Made by a program: the position numbers and the translations under genes
NCBI GenBank assembly: GCA_965248925.1
Contig: CBDFLE010000006.1
Coordinates: forward strand, 5,088,001-5,152,000
Reading direction: 5' to 3'
Length of the DNA: 64,000 bases
From: Candidatus Multivoradales bacterium
GTDB lineage: Bacteria; Acidobacteriota; Thermoanaerobaculia; Multivoradales; J023
Shown here: in pieces, positions 18,227-26,700 of the stretch
Position numbering within the stretch: the stretch's first letter is position 1
Layout: the number at the start of each line of letters is the position of its first letter
The notes under the pieces: model-generated
The model's input: the letters and a program-made list of their open reading frames with translations, nothing else
What the model was told of the DNA's origin: nothing
Databases searched by the model: none

Positions 18227-19044
18227 ACCCCTTACAACAAGACCGGCTGCGGGTGGTGATCGACCGCGGCGAGAGGCCAGCGGTAGCGCCACAAGTTGCG
18301 CTCTTGGAAAAGCTCCTGAGCAGCGGCGTGGCACTGACGGCGAGTGGCGAAGGTGCGGTGGCGCCGCTCGACGACGCCGAGCTGCTGGTGCTTGAGACCA
18401 CCACGAAAGCCAACGTTGAGACGGCGAAATCGACCGCCGAAGAAGGGGTCCAGCTGACCAAGATGGCGGTGGGTGGCCTCGACCCTGCCGAGGTTTTGAG
18501 TCGGGTCGAGGCCAAGGGCCAGGGCAAGCCGGCCGGTGGCTGGACGCCGTGGTTTCCAGTGATCGACTACGATCGCTGTACTAACTGCATGCAATGCCTC
18601 AGCTTCTGCCTTTTCGGGGTCTACGATGTCGACGCTGAAAAGCAGATCGACGTCAAGCATCCCGAACGTTGCAAGACCCTCTGCCCGGCCTGCTCGCGGG
18701 TCTGTCCGGAAGTGGCGATCCTCTTTCCCAAATACAAAGCTGGTCCGATCAATGGCGATGTGGTGAAAGACGCCGATCTGGCGCGGGAGAAGATGAAGAC
18801 CGATATCTCCTCCCTGCTCGGAGGCGATATCTACTCCTTGCTACGCCAGCGAACCGAGAAGGCGGCTTCCAGATTTTCCAAGGAACGCGACGAAGATCGA
18901 GCACTCAAAGAACGCCAGCGTTGTCTGGCCAAGCTCAAGAAAGATCTCGACATTCCCGACGAGGTCCTATCCCAACTACCGACCGCCGAAGCCATCCGGG
19001 CGCGCGCCAGCGAACTTCTGGCGGCGCGCACCAAGGGAGAATGA
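18223..19044 (+). CDS. 2x[4Fe-4S] ferredoxin-domain protein
   Basis: IDYDRCTNCMQCLSFC and CKTLCPACSRVCPEVAI; overlaps both neighbours by 4 nt. Confidence 0.88.
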   Translation: MNPLQQDRLRVVIDRGERPAVAPQVALLEKLLSSGVALTASGEGAVAPLDDAELLVLETTTKANVETAKSTAEEGVQLTKMAVGGLDPAEVLSRVEAKGQGKPAGGWTPWFPVIDYDRCTNCMQCLSFCLFGVYDVDAEKQIDVKHPERCKTLCPACSRVCPEVAILFPKYKAGPINGDVVKDADLAREKMKTDISSLLGGDIYSLLRQRTEKAASRFSKERDEDRALKERQRCLAKLKKDLDIPDEVLSQLPTAEAIRARASELLAARTKGE

Positions 19045-20762
19045 TCATGCCACTGCCGGTGATGAGTCTGCCAAAGGTCATGATGCCGCGCCTCGAAAGG
19101 CCGGTGCAAGCCAATATTCCGCCGACCCGAGAGCAACGCGACGAGCTGCTGGCCCGGATCCGCGAATTCACTGCGACGACGGATCTGGTGCCGCCATTGC
19201 CTCTCGCTGACTTGCAGGTCGAGGCGGAGAAGATCTGTCGACGGCATGGATTTGATCCTGCCTTCAGCGAATTCGCCGCTCTGTTGATTAGCAACGAGTT
19301 GTGGCGTGAGTCGTTGGCCTCAGTGCCTTTCGAGCGCCGCCTGTTGCTGTTGCCCAAATGCATGCGGGTCGAAGAGCACTGCCCAGCTCCCTTCGATGAG
19401 TTGGGTCTGCTATGCAAGAAGTGTGGCCTGTGTTCGATCGAGGATCTGCAAGAAGAAGCCGAGCGCATGGGATATGCCGTCTTGGTGGCGGAGGGCTCGC
19501 CGATCGTCATGGCGATAATCGAGACCGGCCAGATCGAGGCCATCGTCGGGGTCAGTTGTCTCAACGTGCTGGAGCGGGTATACGGCTATATGGAGGCCGC
19601 GGCCATTCCCGGCATCGCCCTACCGCTGTTGCAAGATGATTGTCTGGACACCAACGTCGATCTCGATTGGGTGTGGGATTCAGTCCATCTGACCAGCGAC
19701 GACAAGACCCGGCGTTTGGATCTTGGCGGGTTGCGTGACCAGGTCGCCACCTGGTTCGGGGCGCTGGCCCTGCAGGAGATCCTGGGCGAAGCAGAGACCG
19801 AGACTGAAAAGATTGGCCAAGAGTGGTTGGCCCAAGGAGGCAAGCGCTGGCGCCCCTTCCTGACCGTCGCTCTGCATCAAGCCTTGCAAGAAGAACCCGG
19901 TGCCGAGATCTCCAAGGTCATCCGGCAAGTCGCCTTGGCGGTGGAGTGCTTCCACAAGGCTTCGCTGATTCACGATGACATCGAAGACGGTGATGATCTG
20001 CGCGATGGCCGCGAGACTTTGCACAGCCGGCTGGGGGTGCCCCTAGCGCTCAATGTCGGCGACTATCTGGTCGGCGAAGGCTACCGCCTGCTAGCCACCG
20101 TCGAAGCCCCCGCCGAAAGCATCGCGGAGATGCTGCGCTTGGCGGCGGAGGGGCATCGCACTTTGTGTCTGGGCCAGGGCGATGATCTGGCGTGGTCGCA
20201 AGAGCCCAAGATCCTGAAGCCGATCGAGGTGGTGAAGATCTTCAAGAACAAGACCGCGCCAGCTTTCGAAATTGCCTTGCGACTGGGTGCGGCCTGCGCC
20301 AGCGCCAGTGCCGAGTTGCACGACACCCTGAGCGCCTTCAGCGACGCCTTGGGAGTGGCCTATCAAATTCGTGACGATCTCGGCGAGTTGCGTGAAGCCG
20401 CTACCGCCGGAGAGGCGCCAGAACGCCGGCCGACCTTGGTCTGGGCGTTGGCCTATGCCGCGGCCAAGAAAGCGCGGCGAGCCGAGGTCAAGGCAGCGTG
20501 GATCGACGGTCAAGGAGCGCCGGCCGAGCTGCACGCCCTGTTGACCGATCTCGGTGCGGACACGAGAGCCGAGGAATTCCTCAACGCCTATCGAGACGAA
20601 GCGATCCGCTCTCTGCGGTTGTTGCAGGACGCCAATGTCAAGGGTCTCCTGCGGCGGGTGCTGGGCAAGATTTTCGACGAGCTCAAGATCGAGGGGTGGT
20701 GTAGTGAGTTTGAGACTGGAGATGTTGCAAGTCGCCAGGCTGGCGCCGCGGTTGCTGGGTGA
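19041..20762 (+). CDS. DUF116 (Cys-rich) - trans-polyprenyl diphosphate synthase fusion
   Basis: N-half: LLLPKCMR...CPA...CKKCGLC...GVSC...LLQDDCLDTNVD. C-half: GGKRWRP, first Asp-rich motif HDDIEDGDDLRDG, GQ, KTA, second motif YQIRDDLGE. ATGA overlap at 19041. Confidence 0.88.
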   Translation: MIMPLPVMSLPKVMMPRLERPVQANIPPTREQRDELLARIREFTATTDLVPPLPLADLQVEAEKICRRHGFDPAFSEFAALLISNELWRESLASVPFERRLLLLPKCMRVEEHCPAPFDELGLLCKKCGLCSIEDLQEEAERMGYAVLVAEGSPIVMAIIETGQIEAIVGVSCLNVLERVYGYMEAAAIPGIALPLLQDDCLDTNVDLDWVWDSVHLTSDDKTRRLDLGGLRDQVATWFGALALQEILGEAETETEKIGQEWLAQGGKRWRPFLTVALHQALQEEPGAEISKVIRQVALAVECFHKASLIHDDIEDGDDLRDGRETLHSRLGVPLALNVGDYLVGEGYRLLATVEAPAESIAEMLRLAAEGHRTLCLGQGDDLAWSQEPKILKPIEVVKIFKNKTAPAFEIALRLGAACASASAELHDTLSAFSDALGVAYQIRDDLGELREAATAGEAPERRPTLVWALAYAAAKKARRAEVKAAWIDGQGAPAELHALLTDLGADTRAEEFLNAYRDEAIRSLRLLQDANVKGLLRRVLGKIFDELKIEGWCSEFETGDVASRQAGAAVAG

Positions 20763-21642
20763 TTCCACCGAGCTGATCCGCGATTTCACCTTGGCGGCGC
20801 AGGCGCCGGACGGGGGATTCCGCGACCGCGGCGGCGACAGCGACCTCTATTACACGGTTTTCGGCCTCGACGTGTTGGCGATTCTCGAGGGTCTCGGTGC
20901 TAGCGGTAGTGAAGGAACTCAGACAGATGCTGAGGTCTGGCGCCGTGCCGGAGGTTTCTTGGCTAGCCTGGGTCACCAAGATCTCGATCTAGTGCATCTG
21001 ACCTGCCTGGCGCGATCCGCGGCAGCCGTTGCCGCGGGAACCAAGACCGCGGAGCTGCCCATCGATCATCAAGTCCTGGTCGATCGTCTTCTAGATCTTC
21101 GCCGTCAAGACGGAGGCTGGGCGATGACCTCGGGGGATTCCTCCAGCACCACCTATGGCACATTCCTGGCCATCGGCGCCCATCAAGACCTAGGGCTGCC
21201 CTTTGCCGCCCCCTCCTCGGCAGCGGCTTTCCTGGCGGCGGCGGTCGGCGAAGACGGCGGCTACGGCTCTGCCCCTTCGATGCCGGTGGCGACCACGCCG
21301 ACCACCGCGGCGGCGGTGGTGGCGCTGCGTCAGCTAGGTGCCGAAGCTCACCCCCAGACCGCCCGCTGGTTGCGCCGTCAGTTGCATCCTCAGGGAGGAT
21401 TTGTGGCGGCGGCTGGAGCTCCGATGCCCGACTTGCTGTCCACCGCGGTGGCCCTGCATGCGTTGTCCGTCTTGCAGGAGCCATGTGCCGATCTGGTCGA
21501 TTCGCTGCTCGATTTTGTCGATAGCCTGTGGACCTCGCGCGGTGCCTTCTTCGGCCATTGGGCGGACGATGCAGCAGATTGCGAGTACGCCTACTACGGC
21601 TTGTTGGCCCTGGGACATCTGGCGGTTTGGAGCGACGGATGA
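20704..21642 (+). CDS. Prenyltransferase/squalene-oxidase-repeat alpha/alpha barrel, protein-prenyltransferase-beta-like
   Basis: Repeats AQAPDGGFRDRGGDSDLYYTVFGL, RRQDGGW, EDGGYG, PQGGF, DCEYAYYGLLAL; single barrel of about 312 aa; no cyclase DxDD. Confidence 0.8.
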   Translation: MSLRLEMLQVARLAPRLLGDSTELIRDFTLAAQAPDGGFRDRGGDSDLYYTVFGLDVLAILEGLGASGSEGTQTDAEVWRRAGGFLASLGHQDLDLVHLTCLARSAAAVAAGTKTAELPIDHQVLVDRLLDLRRQDGGWAMTSGDSSSTTYGTFLAIGAHQDLGLPFAAPSSAAAFLAAAVGEDGGYGSAPSMPVATTPTTAAAVVALRQLGAEAHPQTARWLRRQLHPQGGFVAAAGAPMPDLLSTAVALHALSVLQEPCADLVDSLLDFVDSLWTSRGAFFGHWADDAADCEYAYYGLLALGHLAVWSDG

Positions 21643-23507
21643 GCATCGCGGCCGCGCGCAGCCCACCATCGCCAGCCAAGGCCTCCGCAGCCGAACTTGA
21701 CCGCGTCTTGGGTGAAGTGCGGGCCGAACTCGTGCGCCGTTTTCAGCCTCGTGGCCACTGGCGAGGCGGTTTGTCATCGAGTGCTCTGTCGACCGCGGTG
21801 GCCTGCTTCGCTATCACCTTGGTTAGCGAGCAGCGAGGACAGTGGCCAGAAGACTCGCGCGCCTTGGCCCGTCGCGGACTAGATTGGTTGGCTGCCCATG
21901 CCAATGCCGACGGTGGTTGGGGAGATACGGTCCGGTCGGTATCCAACTTGCCCACCACGGTTCTGGCCTGGGCTGCGCTGCGGGCGGCGAGGGACTCCGA
22001 AGTCGGTGCGGTCACAGGTCTTGCATTGGCCATCGACGGTGCCGAAAGCTGGATTGTGCGCCGCACGGGGGACTTGCAACCAGACTCGCTGCGACGGACG
22101 ATCGAAGACCTCTACGGCAAGGACAAAACCTTCTCCGTACCTATTCTCACCCTGGTCGCGCTAGCCGGGCTGCTGGGCCCAGAACCCGATTGCTGGCGCG
22201 GTATCACCCCTTTGCCTTTCGAGTTGGGGGCGTTACCCCAGGCGACTTTTCGCTTCATCGGCCTACCGGTAGTGAGTTACGCCTTACCGGCGTTGATCGC
22301 TGTCGGCCAGGTACAGCACCATCGTCGACCGTCGAAGAACCTGTTGGCGCGCTGGCTACGGCAGATCTTGCGCGCTACCACTCTGCGCCGCTTGCAAACC
22401 CTGCAGCCCTCGAGCGGTGGATTTCTGGAAGCGATTCCGCTCACTGGCTTCGTCACCTTGAGCCTCGCCGGAGCGGGGGAGTGCGATCACGCCGTGGTGC
22501 GAAAGGCGCAGGAGTTCTTCGCTCAGTCGGTGCGCGAAGATGGCAGCTGGCCGATCGATGTAGATCTGGCCACCTGGATCACCACCCTGTCGATTCAGGG
22601 ACTGCGAGAATCAGGGGGAGTGGCAGCAGCGGTGGGCGTGGCTGGGGTGGCAAGCTTACGCCGCTTCTTGCTCCAACAGCAGTACAAAGAGATTCACCCC
22701 TTCACCGGTGCGGCTCCCGGAGGCTGGGCCTGGACCGATCTGCCGGGGGGCGTTCCTGATGGCGACGATACTCCTGGAGCGGTCTTGGCCCTGCGGCATC
22801 TCGGACCAATCGACGACCAGGTTCGGGCCGCTGCCGCCGCCGGTTTGCGCTGGCTTATCGGCTTACAAAATCGCGATGGCGGCATACCGACCTTTTGCCG
22901 CGGCTGGGGCACCCTGCCCTTCGATCGCAGTTCTCCCGACCTCACCGCCCATGCACTGCGCGCGATCCACGCCTGGCGCGACGAGCTTGCTGAGGACCTT
23001 CGGTCCAGCCTCGATCTCTGTGCCCGCCGCTGTCGGCAGTATCTGCACCGGGTCCAACACGCCGATGGCTCGTGGGTACCCTTGTGGTTTGGCCACGAAG
23101 CTGCGCCGTCGAACGAGAATCGGGTCTTTGGAACCGCCCGAGTTCTGCGCGCCTTGGTCGAGTTGCAGGATCCTACGGTGGCATCGATGATCGAGGCCGG
23201 CCGAGCCTACTTGCTAGCGGCCCGCAACAACGACGGAGGTTGGGGTGGCGGCGAGGGCATCGCTTCGTCGATGGAGGAAACCGCACTAGCGCTCGATGCG
23301 CTGTCGCGTCTAGAAGACCCAGATCTAGCACCAATTCTTCAGCAAGCCGCCGGTTTTTTGTGCCGGGCCTGGGATGCTGGCCGCTTCAAGCAGGCGACAC
23401 CGATTGGTTTTTACTTTGCTAATCTGTGGTACTTCGACGACGCCTATCCGCTGGTCTTCACCGCGGCGGCGCTGGGGCGGGCGCAGGGGGTCCTGGCGGT
23501 GCGTTGA
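21639..23507 (+). CDS. Squalene-hopene-cyclase-like class II terpene cyclase
   Basis: QW-type repeats (NADGGWG, REDGSWP, LQNRDGG, VQHADGSW, NNDGGWG) and GGWAWTDLPGGVPDGDDT with DxDD; ATGA overlap. Confidence 0.88.
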   Translation: MSIAAARSPPSPAKASAAELDRVLGEVRAELVRRFQPRGHWRGGLSSSALSTAVACFAITLVSEQRGQWPEDSRALARRGLDWLAAHANADGGWGDTVRSVSNLPTTVLAWAALRAARDSEVGAVTGLALAIDGAESWIVRRTGDLQPDSLRRTIEDLYGKDKTFSVPILTLVALAGLLGPEPDCWRGITPLPFELGALPQATFRFIGLPVVSYALPALIAVGQVQHHRRPSKNLLARWLRQILRATTLRRLQTLQPSSGGFLEAIPLTGFVTLSLAGAGECDHAVVRKAQEFFAQSVREDGSWPIDVDLATWITTLSIQGLRESGGVAAAVGVAGVASLRRFLLQQQYKEIHPFTGAAPGGWAWTDLPGGVPDGDDTPGAVLALRHLGPIDDQVRAAAAAGLRWLIGLQNRDGGIPTFCRGWGTLPFDRSSPDLTAHALRAIHAWRDELAEDLRSSLDLCARRCRQYLHRVQHADGSWVPLWFGHEAAPSNENRVFGTARVLRALVELQDPTVASMIEAGRAYLLAARNNDGGWGGGEGIASSMEETALALDALSRLEDPDLAPILQQAAGFLCRAWDAGRFKQATPIGFYFANLWYFDDAYPLVFTAAALGRAQGVLAVR

Positions 23508-23740
23508 CGGGTGGCTGGGGAAGGTTTGAGGTCAGCGGCGAAACTCCGTGGTGGCGGTTTTCGAACTAAGATCTTCTCCGTTTTTCGGGCATCTCCCAAA
23601 GAGGATTCGAGTCCCTTCAGGAATTTCTCTCGGTAGTGTTGTCAGGGGTGCGAGCAGGGATTGGTTTGCTAGTGTTATTTGAGCATTTCCTACCCCGGAA
23701 CACGCTTGGACCGCACCTCGGAAGACCTCCAACGCTAGCT

Positions 23741-26700
23741 ATGGCAACTCCACCCGTCTGTTCATCGCCGGCCTCAGCAAACAACCTGGTAGACCTGCTG
23801 CGGAGGCGTAGCAGGCAGCACCCTGACCGTATCGCCTTCATTTTCCTCAGCAATGGCGAGGAGGAGGGCGAGCGTCTGACCTATGGCGAACTCGATCAGC
23901 GGGCGCGGGTTCTCGGTTCCCATCTGCGCCGCAAGCTGCCAGCCGGTGAGCGGGCGCTGCTGCTCTATCCTCCTGGTTTGGAACTCATCGTCGGTTTCTT
24001 CGGTTGTCTCTATGCCGGCATGGTCGCTGTGTTGGCCCACCCGCCGCGCGGCCGGCGGACGCTGCCGCGCCTGGCGGCGATCGTTGCCGACGCCGCCCCT
24101 GGAGCGGTACTGAGTCAGACCGTCGAGATGCGCCGGATTGCCGCCTGGGCGAAGCAAGTTGAAGCTCTCGCTCGGGTCGAGCTGATCGCTTCGGATGCAC
24201 TCGCCGAGGAACTCGCCGACGGGTGGCGCGATCCACGAAGCGAGCCGCAGACACTGGCTTTCCTGCAATACACCTCAGGTTCCACCGCCGCTCCCAAAGG
24301 AGTGATGGTCAGCCATGGCAACCTGCTGCACAATGAACGCTTGATCCAGTCTGCCTTTCGCCAACCCGAGGGGACGGTGGTGGTCGGTTGGTTGCCGCCG
24401 CAGCACGACATGGGTCTGATCGGCAATGTAATACAACCGTTGTACATGGGTGGCCGCGCCATCCTGATGTCACCGGTGGCCTTTCTGCAGAGTCCGGTTC
24501 GCTGGCTGCGGGCGATCGATCGCTACCGGGCGAATGTCAGCGGTGGTCCCGATTTCGCTTACCAGCTGTGTGTCGATCGCATTGAGCGGCAGCTGTGTTC
24601 AACGATCGATTTGAGCTCCTGGGAAGTGGCCTTCAATGGCGCCGAGCCGGTGCGTGAGGAGACCCTGCGGCGGTTTTCCGAGCATTTCTCCGACGCCGGC
24701 TTCAGCGCCGCGCGGTTTTTCCCCTGCTATGGCCTGGCTGAAGCTACCTTGCTGGTGTCGGGTGGCCGCCAGGCCGCCGAGCCTGTGCGGCGGCTGGTGT
24801 CGTCGAAAGCCCTGGCGCTCGACCAGATCCGTCCGCCGGAGCCTGGCGATGAGGCCGGCCGTTGGTTAGTGAGTTCTGGCCGCTGCCATCCCGAGGTCGA
24901 GGTGGTGGTGGTCGAGCCGCAGACCGGCCGACCTGTAGAGCCCGGTGAGGTCGGCGAGATCTGGGTGTCGGGGCCGAGTGTTGCCGCCGGCTACTGGCAC
25001 AATCGCCAGGCCACCGCGGAGATTTTCGAAGTTGCCGTAGCCGGTCGGCCGGGGCGTTTCTTGCGTAGCGGCGATCTGGGCTTTGTCGATCAAGGAGAGC
25101 TCTTCGTCACCGGCCGGCTGAAGGATCTGATCATTATTCGCGGCCGCAACCACTACCCGCAGGATCTAGAGTTGACCATGGAGGGGTGCCACCCAGCGGC
25201 GATCAGCGGCCGTGGCGCGGCGTTTTCGGTAGATCGGGGAGGAGGAGAACGCTTGGTTCTGGTGCAAGAGGTGCTGCGCGATGCTGACTTGGTCGTCGAA
25301 GATCTGCTGAGCACCGTCTGTCAGGCCGTTGCCGAGCTGCATGAACTACAGGTTGAAGATCTGCTGCTGATCCGCCGTGGTTCTTTGCCGGTCACCACCA
25401 GCGGCAAAGTGCGTCGCCGACGGTGCCGCGAACTCTATCTCCAGGATCGACTGCGGGTGGTGGCGCAGTGGGGTCGCCAGCAGGGCGCGGCCAGCGCGGT
25501 GGGTGGCGTCATTGCCCGGCCTAGCCTTGACCGGCTGCGGACGATGGACCGGGAGCAGCGTCGGACCACTTTGGGGCCCTACCTATTGCAGCAGTTGGCG
25601 GACGGTCTGGAGATCGATGTCGCCCAACTCCGTCCGGATCGACCGTTGACCGCCCAGGGACTCGATTCGCTGAACGCGCTGGAACTCGGGCATCGGGTCG
25701 AGTCAGAGTTCGCTGTGAGGTTGTCGGTCGCCGAGCTGTTGGCCGGGGCGAGCCCGAGACAGGTGTTGGAGCGGCTGGTGGATGGCATCGACACGCGATC
25801 CAGCGCCAGTCCTGAGCACCGCCCCGAGAATTCGCTTGGAGACGCCCTTTCCTACGGCGAGAAATCGCTCTGGTTTCTCCATCAGTTGGCGCCCCTGAGC
25901 GCTGCCTACAACTTGTTCGGAGCGTTGCGGGTGCAGCCGGCTCTCGATCCTGGCCGGCTACGTCGGGCGGTGGCGGCCCTGGCCCGTCGGCATCCGGCGC
26001 TGCGCACGACCTACGGCACTCGCCAGGGCCAGCCCTATCGCCGGGTCGCGGCCGCCGCGGAAATGGCCGTGAACGTGGCTGTGGAGATTGAGCCTACTGC
26101 CGGCTGGAGCGTAGCGAAGCAGCATTCGCGAATGGTCGAACTGGCGCATCAGCCTATCGATCTCGAATCAGGACCGCTGCTGCGGGTGGTGCTGTTCACT
26201 GCTGATACCGACGACAGCCGGCTGTTGCTGGTGCTGCATCACATCGTCGGTGATTTCTGGTCGTTGGCCATTCTGGCGCAGGAATTGGGTCTGCTCTATG
26301 ACGATCTAGAATCTGTCTTGCCGACCTTGCTGACAACCTATGCTGAGTCCGTGCAACTGGCGGCGGCCGACCTTGATGGGCAGCGCGGCAAGGTCGATTG
26401 GAAGTACTGGCGGACGCTGCTCGCCGCCGCGTTCGAGGATCTCAATCTGCCCACTGACCGGCCGCGACCGGCGTCGCAGACTTTTGTCGGCGATCGCCGT
26501 CTGATCCACTGGCCGGCGCCTTTGAAGGCGGCGGTCGAGAGTTTGGCCAAGGACCATGGGGTTACTGTTTACGTAGTCTTGTTGGCGGTCTTTCAGGTGC
26601 TGCTGCACCGCCTGTCCGGCCAATCGAACTTTGCTGTCGGCTCACCTTTCGCCGGCCGCGAGCGGGCCGAACAGAAGAGTGTGGTCGGCTATTTCGTCAA

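Noticed and set aside
23601-23616. tRNA T-arm-like GGATTCGAGTCC
   Set aside because: No acceptor, D or anticodon arms can be built around it.
16497-23740. Long ORF-track starts (16497, 17786, 18669, 20554, 21528, 23636; also 32404, 49994)
   Set aside because: These extensions overlap upstream genes or lack an RBS; shorter starts give stop/start coupling or an RBS.
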